DNA of 20,000 nt from the IMG/VR virus record IMGVR_UViG_3300047548_000593, one strand, 5' to 3'. A model generated the notes under the pieces. The model searched no databases. It was not told the origin of the DNA and was given only the letters and a program-made list of their open reading frames with translations. The DNA comes from an uncultured virus (IMG/VR IMGVR_UViG_3300047548_000593) (lineage: Duplodnaviria; Heunggongvirae; Uroviricota; Caudoviricetes). The position numbers were made by a program, and so were the translations under genes. Below, one piece after another: positions 1 to 8,008 of this stretch (positions within the stretch are counted from its first letter, which is position 1; the number at the start of each line of letters is the position of its first letter).

Positions 1-188
1 GTTGGATGGCTGACTTTGCACAGCAATACACCAACCCCCAACAAAAGCGTGAATGGGTGGGGCTGACGGACGAGGAGATTCACGACATCTACGATGAGGT
101 TGCCCGTCGAGAGCCGTACAACATGGCAGTGACTCGCCGCAACATTGCCCGAGCCATCGAAGCTAATTTGAAAGAAAAAAATTCGTAA
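1..188 (+). CDS. Phage hypothetical protein, probably 5'-truncated
   Basis: The frame is open to the window edge. It contains REWVGLTDEEI, a motif I recognise from small environmental-phage proteins. Confidence 0.7.
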   Translation, partial: WMADFAQQYTNPQQKREWVGLTDEEIHDIYDEVARREPYNMAVTRRNIARAIEANLKEKNS

Positions 189-202
189 TGTTTCCAGTTT
201 TG

Positions 203-211
203 TGTTATAAT
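203..211 (+). promoter_or_regulatory. Extended -10 sigma70 promoter
   Basis: TGtTATAAT lies in an intergenic gap upstream of SD TAGGAG (236-241) and ATG 248. The -35 box is poor. Confidence 0.6.
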
Positions 212-247
212 CTAGTTCATGCCGGAAACACCTTATAGGAGCAAAGA

Positions 248-424
248 ATGAAAAATGTTCTTGATTTAATTGTTGAACTCCGAGGTGGAATCCCAGAGTC
301 TTGCGATTTTTGTGATCAAGTTTTTACAGAAAGTAGACAACCTGTTCCAGAAGAAGCTGGAGAATGGGCTTGTACAGAGTGCTTGACAAGATGGGAAAAA
401 GAAGAACAAGGTGGTAAGACATGA
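248..424 (+). CDS. 58-aa putative zinc-finger protein (not in ORF track)
   Basis: Hand translation gives MKNVLDLIVELRGGIPESCDFCDQ...WACTECLTRWEKEEQGGKT, with two CxxC pairs. It has an SD, and its stop overlaps the next ATG (ATGA). Confidence 0.8.
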   Translation: MKNVLDLIVELRGGIPESCDFCDQVFTESRQPVPEEAGEWACTECLTRWEKEEQGGKT

Positions 425-813
425 TGTATCAATGTATGTATTGTGGCCTTAGTTCTTCACATACAGCTATTGGTAGTGTATTACCTCAGTGCCAGTGCCG
501 TTGGAATCAAAACAGTAAGGATATATCAATGAAACGAGAAGATACAATTCGTATGATTAAAGAAGCTGGAATAAGTACCGGAGGACACCCAATGAATCCT
601 TTAAGTATCTATCCAAGTGATCTTGAACGATTCGCAGAAATTGTCAGGAAAGACTATAGCTTTACTCATGCACAAATGTGGCTTAAGCGTTTTGATGATG
701 CAATTAAAGCAGAGCGCGAAGAATGTGCTAAAGTATGCGAAAATGCAGATTTACTAATGAATAGTACTTTTCAAGGTGTAGCTGAAGCAATTAGAGCAAG
801 GGGGCAGGAATGA
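421..813 (+). CDS. Phage hypothetical protein (EREECAKVCE...AIRARG family) with Cys-rich N-terminus
   Basis: ATGA-coupled at both ends. There is a possible second start at ATG 529 after TAAGGA. Confidence 0.75.
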   Translation: MMYQCMYCGLSSSHTAIGSVLPQCQCRWNQNSKDISMKREDTIRMIKEAGISTGGHPMNPLSIYPSDLERFAEIVRKDYSFTHAQMWLKRFDDAIKAEREECAKVCENADLLMNSTFQGVAEAIRARGQE

Positions 814-1028
814 TCTATAATCCATTTAAGCCTCACATTGTTGAGCACAGTGACGGATACACTGTAAGAAGGTTTTTTATTTTCTCAGGCTGGGAATGTT
901 TCGATAGAAATGCTACAATGTGGTGGTGTATGGAAGAGTATTATCGAAAGTACTGTTGGCTGAAAACGCTAGACGAGGCAAAACAACTGTTGGCAAAAGC
1001 CAACAAAGGAAAGGTAGTGTACCAATGA
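810..1028 (+). CDS. Hypothetical protein
   Basis: ATGA overlaps with both neighbours and there is a purine-rich SD. Confidence 0.7.
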   Translation: MIYNPFKPHIVEHSDGYTVRRFFIFSGWECFDRNATMWWCMEEYYRKYCWLKTLDEAKQLLAKANKGKVVYQ

Positions 1029-1375
1029 AACACCCAGAGATTATCCACCGGCCAGATGTAGAGCTTGGAGAACCATCTTATGAAGTAGACGATCTTAAGT
1101 TTTACTGCACATGCGGTGCCTGTCCAGAGCAGTATGACGTCTACCGAAAAATTTCTGAAGAAAAATACGAAATGGTTTGCTATATCCGGCTGAGACATGG
1201 TAAACTAAGAGCAGACTTCCCAGATGTAGGTGGGATTCAGATCTATGAAGCCTACTGGGAAGATGATCCGTGTCTTGGAATTTTTCCATCAGAGGAAGAG
1301 AGAGAGTATCATTTGAACAACATCGCAAAAGAAATTGTACAAGCTCTTGATGCGATTGCACTTAAGAAAGGATAA
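1025..1375 (+). CDS. Conserved phage hypothetical protein (CGACPEQYDV...YIRLRHG)
   Basis: Start moved from 920 to ATG 1025, which overlaps the upstream stop. Confidence 0.75.
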   Translation: MKHPEIIHRPDVELGEPSYEVDDLKFYCTCGACPEQYDVYRKISEEKYEMVCYIRLRHGKLRADFPDVGGIQIYEAYWEDDPCLGIFPSEEEREYHLNNIAKEIVQALDAIALKKG

Positions 1376-1377
1376 TC

Positions 1378-2400
1378 ATGACAGAACGTTCAATGGCAAC
1401 TATTCGTAAGATTGATTCAATCGATCCAATCGAAGGAGCAGATGCAATCGAAGTGGCTACCGTTGGTGGCTGGAAGGTTGTAGTAAAGAAGGGGGAATTC
1501 CAAGTAAATTCCCTTGCAGTGTATCTAGAGATTGACTCTTGGGTTCCAAACGAACTAGCACCATTCCTTACTTCAGCAGGTAAGGAGCCTCGTGAGTACA
1601 ATGGTGTAAAAGGTGAACGCCTTCGTACTGTAAAGCTACGTGGTCAAGTGTCACAAGGTCTGTTGCTTCCTATTGAGCCAACCTGCAAGAATATTGCAAG
1701 CGAACTGATTGAAGATCTTGACGTATCTTTTCCACTAAACATTCAGAAATGGGAACGTCCAATTCCTGCTCAACTAGCTGGTAAGGTAAAAGGTAACTTT
1801 CCTTCGTTGGTTCCAAAGACCGATCAAGAACGTATCCAGAACCTAACAAAGCAATTTGAAAAACTACAAGAGCATCGTTGGGAAGTCACCGAAAAGCTCG
1901 ATGGTTCATCTTGCACATTCTATCTTGACAATGAAGATCAATTTCATGTGTGCAGTCGTAACCTAGATCTAGAGCGAGACGAGAACAACTCTTTCTGGAA
2001 AGCAGCTATTAAGTATGACATTGAAAACAAACTTCGCCTGAATAAGTGCAAAGGTTTGGCTCTTCAAGGAGAGCTAGTCGGTGAAGGCATTCAGGGCAAT
2101 CAGTACAAGACTGAGCTTGACTTCTATGTCTTTGACATCTATAATGTAAATATCCAGCAATACACGCTACCTGCTTCTCGGCAGTCTGCATGTAAGCTGT
2201 TGGGTCTAAAGCATGTCCCTATTCTGGAGATGGAATTTGATATCTCTAAGATGCAGGTGCAAGATCTGCTTAAGATGGCTGAAGGCAAGAGCATTCTCAA
2301 TGGATCAGAGCGAGAGGGCATTGTATTCAAGTCAACAACAGATCAGCAAACTAGCTTTAAGGCTATTAGCAACAAATGGTTACTGAAAGGTGGTGATTGA
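1378..2400 (+). CDS. ATP-dependent RNA ligase, DRB0094 (Rnl5-like) family
   Basis: N-terminal module PIEGADAIE...SQGLL, then FP..PKTDQERIQN. Nucleotidyltransferase motifs are EKLDGSS (I), QGEL (III), FYVFDI (IIIa), EGIVFK (IV) and FKAIS (V). Confidence 0.9.
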   Translation: MTERSMATIRKIDSIDPIEGADAIEVATVGGWKVVVKKGEFQVNSLAVYLEIDSWVPNELAPFLTSAGKEPREYNGVKGERLRTVKLRGQVSQGLLLPIEPTCKNIASELIEDLDVSFPLNIQKWERPIPAQLAGKVKGNFPSLVPKTDQERIQNLTKQFEKLQEHRWEVTEKLDGSSCTFYLDNEDQFHVCSRNLDLERDENNSFWKAAIKYDIENKLRLNKCKGLALQGELVGEGIQGNQYKTELDFYVFDIYNVNIQQYTLPASRQSACKLLGLKHVPILEMEFDISKMQVQDLLKMAEGKSILNGSEREGIVFKSTTDQQTSFKAISNKWLLKGGD

Positions 2401-4167
2401 TTGGCTTTCTTTATTAGACACGAAAATTGCGAACATTGTGGGAGTAGTGACGCTAAGGCTGTCTATTCAGACGACAGTTGGCATTGCTTCTCTTGCAAGA
2501 AGGGCAGTCTAAGTCAAGAGTACAAAGAGGCTCTTGACACAAACAAGAAAACAAAGCATAATTCAAGGGTTAAGAGTTCATTTGGAAAGGATCAAAAAGA
2601 TATGGAAATCAAGCCTAGCGCTAAACCTGCTCTGACTCAAGAAGAGATCGAAGAGATTAAAGAGGAAACATCGACAAAGACCAAAGGCTTTCGTTCAATC
2701 GAAGACTATGTGACTTCATACTTCGGTGTTCGTCATGCCTACGATCAGGAAACTGGTGACGTTATCGAGCAGTACTATCCCTGTACTCAGGATGGTCAAC
2801 TAGTGGGTTTCAAGGTTCGTGAAGTACCTAAGAACTTCTATTCTCGTGGTCGTACTGGAGCAGATTGTGAGCTGTTCATGCAGTTTCGTTTCAATCGTGG
2901 AGGCAAGTACATTCTGATTACAGAAGGTGAAGTTGATGCCTTGTCTGCATTTCAGATGCTCAAGGAATACAATAGCGGTCGAGGCTCAGATTATGAAACC
3001 GCTGTAGTTAGCCCTACAACCGGTGCTAATTCGCACAAGCAGATCGCGGCTCAGTACAAATTCTTTGATACATTCGATCAGATCATCTTGTCTTACGACA
3101 ACGATAAAGCTGGTCAGGCAGCTATTGAAGAAGTAGTCAAAGTCCTACCAAAGGGCAAGGTAAAGATCATGCAGATGCGTTACAAAGACGCTAATGAATA
3201 TCTGACCAACAACAAGTCTTCAGAGTTCATTCGTGACTTCTATGGCGCAAAGCGCTACACTCCTGTAGGTGTTGTAGGTTCAGGTGATTTGTATTCAAAG
3301 ATTCTGGAGCAAGCTGTTGTACCAAAGGTGCCATTCCCACCATTCATGAAGAAACTAAATGAAATGCTGGTAGGTGGTTTACCTCTTGGGCACATTGTCA
3401 ATATTGCCGCAGGTACTGGGCTAGGCAAGACTAGCTTCGTTAATGAATTGATCTATTTCTGGATCTTTCATTCACCACACAAGATTGGCATTGTATCGAT
3501 GGAGCTTGATTCAGGTCAGTATGGCGAAACAATCTTGGGTCGTCACCTGAGTCGCAAGCTATCTCTGATTCAAGATGATAAGCTCAAGAAGAATTATATT
3601 GAGTCAGATCAAGTAAGACAAAAAGCACAGGAGCTATTCTATAATGAAGACGGTCAGCATCGATTCTACCTTCTGGACAATCGTGACGGTAGTGTCGAAG
3701 AGATTCAGGACACAATTGAAGAACTGGTTGTATCTTGTGGTTGCCGCATCGTTGTGCTTGATCCTCTACAGGATATTCTTGACGGTCTGACAATTGACGA
3801 GCAAGCTGTATTTATGAAGTGGTGCAAGGGGCTTATCAAGAGTCACAATGTAACCTTGATCTTCATTAACCACATTCGTAAAGCAGCTTCTGGTGGTGCT
3901 AATTCAGCCAAAGGCGATATGTACATGGAAGAGGAAATTCAAGGTAGCTCGACAATCATCAAGTCAGCTTCTGCCAATATTCTTCTTAGCCGTAACAAGT
4001 ATGCCGAGGATGAAATTGAACGTAATACGACTAAGGTCATGCTCAGTAAGAACCGCATTTGTGGTCTTACAGGCCCAGCGGGTGAAGTCTACTATGAAAA
4101 CGAGACACACACGCTGTACGACAAAGAGTACTACTTCACTTCAGTCAACCCGCAGACGATTGACTAA
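2401..4167 (+). CDS. T7 gp4-like primase-helicase
   Basis: Zinc ribbon CEHC...HCFSC, TOPRIM EGEVD and YDND, SF4 Walker A AGTGLGKTS, SMEL, LDPL, HIRK and KNR. TTG start. Confidence 0.95.
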   Translation: MAFFIRHENCEHCGSSDAKAVYSDDSWHCFSCKKGSLSQEYKEALDTNKKTKHNSRVKSSFGKDQKDMEIKPSAKPALTQEEIEEIKEETSTKTKGFRSIEDYVTSYFGVRHAYDQETGDVIEQYYPCTQDGQLVGFKVREVPKNFYSRGRTGADCELFMQFRFNRGGKYILITEGEVDALSAFQMLKEYNSGRGSDYETAVVSPTTGANSHKQIAAQYKFFDTFDQIILSYDNDKAGQAAIEEVVKVLPKGKVKIMQMRYKDANEYLTNNKSSEFIRDFYGAKRYTPVGVVGSGDLYSKILEQAVVPKVPFPPFMKKLNEMLVGGLPLGHIVNIAAGTGLGKTSFVNELIYFWIFHSPHKIGIVSMELDSGQYGETILGRHLSRKLSLIQDDKLKKNYIESDQVRQKAQELFYNEDGQHRFYLLDNRDGSVEEIQDTIEELVVSCGCRIVVLDPLQDILDGLTIDEQAVFMKWCKGLIKSHNVTLIFINHIRKAASGGANSAKGDMYMEEEIQGSSTIIKSASANILLSRNKYAEDEIERNTTKVMLSKNRICGLTGPAGEVYYENETHTLYDKEYYFTSVNPQTID

Positions 4168-4180
4168 ATTTTTGACATAG

Positions 4181-4209
4181 TTGACAAACACCCTGAGTTG
4201 CGATATACT
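4181..4209 (+). promoter_or_regulatory. Sigma70 promoter for the DNA polymerase gene
   Basis: TTGACA (4181-4186), 17 bp spacer, TATACT (4204-4209). Confidence 0.85.
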
Positions 4210-4222
4210 CAGGGTTGTTTTC
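4186..4222 (+). terminator. Hairpin or probable terminator overlapping the polymerase promoter
   Basis: ACCCTGAGT (4190-4198) pairs with ACTCAGGGT (4207-4215) and is followed by TGTTTTC. Confidence 0.6.
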
Positions 4223-4238
4223 ATTTGAAGGGGAAGTT

Positions 4239-6536
4239 ATGCGTTTTATTGTTGACATTGAATCCACAAATCTTCTGCAAAACGGACTGGATTACACTTC
4301 AATGCCATACCGACTCAAGCCTGACTACAAGGTTTGGTGTGTAGTCTTTCGTAACATCGATACGAATGCAGTCAAGACTTTTGTGAAAGAGGATATCTCA
4401 AAGGAAGCTATCAAGCACTTCCTGAAGGATTGCACAGAGCTTATTGGTCACAACATTGTCACCTTCGATTTGCCTGTCCTGAAACTATATGATGTTCTGG
4501 ACTACGAGATTGGTTATCCCGGTCAGCCTAGCACCCTATTCGGTAAGCCAGTTACTATTACTGACACACTGATCTGGTCTAAGCTACTCAATGCTGATCG
4601 CTTTGGTGGTCATAGCCTAGACGCTTGGGGTAAGCGCCTTGGCAATTTCAAGACTCATTTTGAAGAGTGGGATCGATTCTCTCAAGAAATGCTTGACTAC
4701 TGTATTCAAGATACTAGTGTCAATAAATCAATCCTAGATCATCTTATCGAAGAGCAAGGTGGGCATGATTGGACTCGTCCTTACACTATGGAAATCAAGC
4801 TGGCTGATCTAACCCTTCGCCAAGAGCTGTTTGGTTTTCACTTTGACAAGGAACTGGCTTACAAGAATGTTGAAGAGCTGGCACAAATGATGCAGGCTAT
4901 CGCAAAGAACGTAGATCATCTTCTACCAAAGAAGAAGCTACCAAAGATTGAAGCCAGCTTCTACCAAATGCCAAAGATTCGTTTCAAGAAGAATGGCGAG
5001 CTGTCTGCTAATATGCTGAAGTTCTGCGAAAAGGTTGGAGCAACTATTTCAGAAGATCATAAGACTATTACCTTTGATGGCAAGGTCTTTCCGATCACTA
5101 CAGATGAACCTCTGAAGACTGAAACAGAAGCTACAATCGAAGACATTGATGTAGTCAAAGGCTACCTGCTATCTCTTGGCTGGATTCCTACAGAAGTCAA
5201 GGAACGAGATCTGGTCAAGAATCAAGACAAGACAGCTAAGAAATATAACGAAATTGTTGAAGCAATTGATCGCTATGTAAAGCAGACTGAGACTTCTGTT
5301 TTCAGAGAACTTCGTCTGGAGCTTCTTGAAACTAGTATGGATGCCCTGCGGGATGTCCTGCTAGACCGGATTGACAATGCAAAGCCAATCTATGTCCCAA
5401 CAACACCAAAGCTAACTGTAGGTGTTGAAAAGGAAATCTGCCCCAATCTGATTGAGCTTGGTGAAAAAGCTGAGTTTGTCAAGGATGTGGTTAGCTACTT
5501 TACCTACCGGCATCGCAAGAACGCTATCTCTGGTGGTGTTCTAGATGAAGACGGAGAGCCTGTTACAGGCTTTCTGAGCGCTGTTCGTGAAGATGGACGT
5601 ATCCCTACCCCAGCAGACACTCTAGGCGCTAATACAGGCCGCTATCGACACAAGGTTGTGTGTAACATTCCTCGTGTGACTTCGCTGTATGGTGAACAGA
5701 TGCGAAACCTGTTTGGCTCTGGCAAAGGCTTGTGGCAACTGGGCTATGATTTTGCTTCGCTTGAAGCTCGTATCATGGGGCACTACGTTATCCCTTACAA
5801 AGATGGTGCGAATCTAGCCAATGCGCTTGTTGCAGAAAAGCCAAACGATATTCATAGCATCAATGCTCGTAAGCTAGGTATTGATCGCAGTGCAGCAAAG
5901 TCGTTCAGCTATGCAGCTATTTATGGAGCGCAGCCAAAGAAGCTGTCAAAGATGCTGGGGATTACTGAAGCAGAAGGTCGGCGCTTGTTCAATGAATACT
6001 GGGAAGCTGTACCTGCACTCAAAGAGCTTAAGAGCAAGGTCGAGAAGACATGGGAAGCCAGCGGCAAGAAGTACATTCCGGGTCTAGATGGACGCCGGTT
6101 GTCTACTCGTAGTAAGCATAGTCTTATTAACGTTCTGTTTCAGTCTGGTGGTGCTATCTCTGCTAAGTGGTCTGCTGTTCGGTTAGCTCAAGCAATGGAA
6201 GAGAATGGCATCCTTGGTGACCCATTCAAGGATACAAAGCAAGACGCTAAGGTCTGGTGGTTGATTCATATGCACGATGAGCAACAGATGGCTGTACATC
6301 CTTCACTGCTATCGGTTAAGACGTTTGCATCAGAAGAAGATGCAAAGGCTTTCACTAAAGTCAACGAAGGTTGTAGTGCAGTCGGACATGGCTCAAAGGG
6401 CGCTTATGTAGGCATCAAGACTCTTCCTGTTGAGTGCATTGCAAAAGGTATCGAGCAAGCTGGCAAAGAACTAAAACTTCGTGTAGAATTAGGCTTTGAG
6501 TGGATTCCCGGTCTGAACTGGGGCCAGTGTCACTAA
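4239..6536 (+). CDS. Family A DNA polymerase with 3'-5' exonuclease
   Basis: ExoI VDIES, ExoII GHNIVTFD, ExoIII YCIQD, motif A YDFASLEAR, motif B RSAAKSFSYAAIYG, motif C MHDE. Start moved to ATG 4239 after GAAGGGG. Confidence 0.96.
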   Translation: MRFIVDIESTNLLQNGLDYTSMPYRLKPDYKVWCVVFRNIDTNAVKTFVKEDISKEAIKHFLKDCTELIGHNIVTFDLPVLKLYDVLDYEIGYPGQPSTLFGKPVTITDTLIWSKLLNADRFGGHSLDAWGKRLGNFKTHFEEWDRFSQEMLDYCIQDTSVNKSILDHLIEEQGGHDWTRPYTMEIKLADLTLRQELFGFHFDKELAYKNVEELAQMMQAIAKNVDHLLPKKKLPKIEASFYQMPKIRFKKNGELSANMLKFCEKVGATISEDHKTITFDGKVFPITTDEPLKTETEATIEDIDVVKGYLLSLGWIPTEVKERDLVKNQDKTAKKYNEIVEAIDRYVKQTETSVFRELRLELLETSMDALRDVLLDRIDNAKPIYVPTTPKLTVGVEKEICPNLIELGEKAEFVKDVVSYFTYRHRKNAISGGVLDEDGEPVTGFLSAVREDGRIPTPADTLGANTGRYRHKVVCNIPRVTSLYGEQMRNLFGSGKGLWQLGYDFASLEARIMGHYVIPYKDGANLANALVAEKPNDIHSINARKLGIDRSAAKSFSYAAIYGAQPKKLSKMLGITEAEGRRLFNEYWEAVPALKELKSKVEKTWEASGKKYIPGLDGRRLSTRSKHSLINVLFQSGGAISAKWSAVRLAQAMEENGILGDPFKDTKQDAKVWWLIHMHDEQQMAVHPSLLSVKTFASEEDAKAFTKVNEGCSAVGHGSKGAYVGIKTLPVECIAKGIEQAGKELKLRVELGFEWIPGLNWGQCH

Positions 6537-6555
6537 AAAAAATTCTTGAAAGGTA

Positions 6556-6584
6556 TTGCAGAATCCAAATTTTTGCTGTACAAT
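6556..6584 (+). promoter_or_regulatory. Sigma70 promoter for the tRNA
   Basis: TTGCAG, 17 bp spacer, TACAAT, ending 16 nt upstream of the tRNA. Confidence 0.7.
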
Positions 6585-6600
6585 TCAAGCATTGAATGAA

Positions 6601-6677
6601 GAGACTATAGCTCAGTTGGATAGAGCAACAGCCTTCTAAGCTGTGGGTCGGGGGTTCGAATCCCTCTAGTCTCGCCA
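6601..6677 (+). tRNA. tRNA-Arg (anticodon UCU)
   Basis: Full cloverleaf: acceptor GAGACTA/TAGTCTC, D stem GCTC/GAGC, anticodon arm ACAGC-CTTCTAA-GCTGT, T loop TTCGAAT, encoded CCA. Confidence 0.97.
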
Positions 6678-6810
6678 AGTAAAGGCAAGGTAGCTCCTTG
6701 CATCTCAGGTAAGAGAATGTTATCCCATCAGGTGCAAAGCCTGTCCATAAAATAAGTCCAGCAACACTTGTTACTCCAACGCAAGTAACAAAAACTGTCT
6801 TCAAAAAGGC

Positions 6811-6839
6811 TTGACAGAGCATAGCAAAACTGCTATAAT
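6811..6839 (+). promoter_or_regulatory. Perfect-consensus sigma70 promoter for SSB
   Basis: TTGACA, 17 bp spacer, TATAAT, with an extended TG. Confidence 0.92.
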
Positions 6840-6913
6840 TCAGTCAAACAAACCGTGGTCACTTCGGTCAAGTGACATTTACACTTTGGAAACATTTGGA
6901 GAAAGGAAAAATT

Positions 6914-7513
6914 ATGCCAATTCGTAAACTCACTGGAACCCTGCTTTATGTTCAGGTACAAACACCAGTTGATTGCTATACAAAAGAAAAGGGTCAGGAG
7001 TGGAAGGCATCTATTTGCGTAGATGAAGATACTGCCGATCTATGGGATGAAGACTACTCAAAGCAACCTGCCACAGCAGTTAAAACTTCAGAGTTTGAGT
7101 CAAAGTACAAAGTACCTGCACCATTCCCTGATGCAAAAAAGCAGTATATCATTACTCTTCGTAAAAATACTAAACTAGGTAATGGTAACGATGTTCCTGA
7201 GATCTACCAGCCAAAGGTATTGCTACCCCAAGAGGATGGTTCAAACAAGGACGTAACACATGAAATCCTAGTTGGCAATGGCAGTAAGGGCAGCATCAGT
7301 GTAGACCTTTGGGAGACTCGTTCAGGCACTAATGTAGCCCGCCTAAAGAATATTCTTGTAACTGATCTAGTCAAGTACGAGAAGAAAGAAAGCGAAGGTT
7401 CTGCTTATGTTCCCGGTTCAGAGTTTGGTGATGCTCCTAAGAAGCCTGCAAGCAAGCCTGCAAAGACTCGCGCTAAGGTTGAAGAAGATCAAGAAGAAGA
7501 CGCTCCATTTTAA
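6914..7513 (+). CDS. Single-stranded DNA-binding protein (T7 gp2.5-like)
   Basis: Located after the polymerase, with an acidic tail ending in Phe (EEDQEEDAPF). Start moved to ATG 6914 after GAAAGGA. Confidence 0.8.
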   Translation: MPIRKLTGTLLYVQVQTPVDCYTKEKGQEWKASICVDEDTADLWDEDYSKQPATAVKTSEFESKYKVPAPFPDAKKQYIITLRKNTKLGNGNDVPEIYQPKVLLPQEDGSNKDVTHEILVGNGSKGSISVDLWETRSGTNVARLKNILVTDLVKYEKKESEGSAYVPGSEFGDAPKKPASKPAKTRAKVEEDQEEDAPF

Positions 7514-7529
7514 TTGAAAGGATAGCCAA

Positions 7530-7739
7530 ATGACTAAGCAACAAAAAGATATTCTCTACAGCCTAGGTTTTGCTCTAGTGATTATTTTGCTGATTGTGTT
7601 TGGCCCTTTTGTTATCATTTGGGCACTGAACACCTTGTTCCCTGTTCTAGCAATTAATTACGGTTTCTGGCAGTGGCTGGCTGTAGTTTTGCTGAATCTT
7701 ATTCTGCGTAGTAGTGTTTCTCTTCGAAAGGAAGACTGA
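7530..7739 (+). CDS. Small membrane protein (2 predicted TM helices)
   Basis: Two hydrophobic runs and SD GAAAGGA. Confidence 0.8.
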   Translation: MTKQQKDILYSLGFALVIILLIVFGPFVIIWALNTLFPVLAINYGFWQWLAVVLLNLILRSSVSLRKED

Positions 7740-7957
7740 TGAATCAACAAGAAGCTATTTCACAACTGGTAAAGCTATACATCGAAGAGGGTTCTCTGGC
7801 AGAACAGATCAAAGATATTAAGGATGAAGCTAAAGCCTCTGGCCTAAATCCTACGATCTTATCTTCAGTAGCTAAAGCTATCGCAAATAACAAGGTAGAC
7901 GAGTTAAAAGAAAAAAGCGAAGAGTTACTAAAGACAATTTCAGTAGCCCGTAGTTAA
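7739..7957 (+). CDS. DsbA(T4)/GapR(DUF2312)-like dsDNA-binding protein
   Basis: EE..LAEQIKDIKDEAKASGLNPTIL resembles the family core IKD..AEAK..G. Confidence 0.6.
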   Translation: MNQQEAISQLVKLYIEEGSLAEQIKDIKDEAKASGLNPTILSSVAKAIANNKVDELKEKSEELLKTISVARS

Positions 7958-7960
7958 TCT

Positions 7961-7995
7961 AAGCCCGAAGGCTAATAACCTTCGGGTTTTTTCTT
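7961..7995 (+). terminator. Rho-independent terminator
   Basis: CCCGAAGG-ctaataa-CCTTCGGG followed by TTTTTTCTT. Confidence 0.9.
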
Positions 7996-8008
7996 ATGTA
8001 AGGGGAAT

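Noticed and set aside
6678..6810. Hammerhead ribozyme on the minus strand (CTGATGG)
   Set aside because: It lacks CUGAUGA and a properly placed GAAA core.
6415..6822. 135-aa minus-strand ORF
   Set aside because: It is antisense to the polymerase end and the tRNA. ARLEGFEPPTHSLEGCCSIQLSY is the typical reverse translation of a tRNA.
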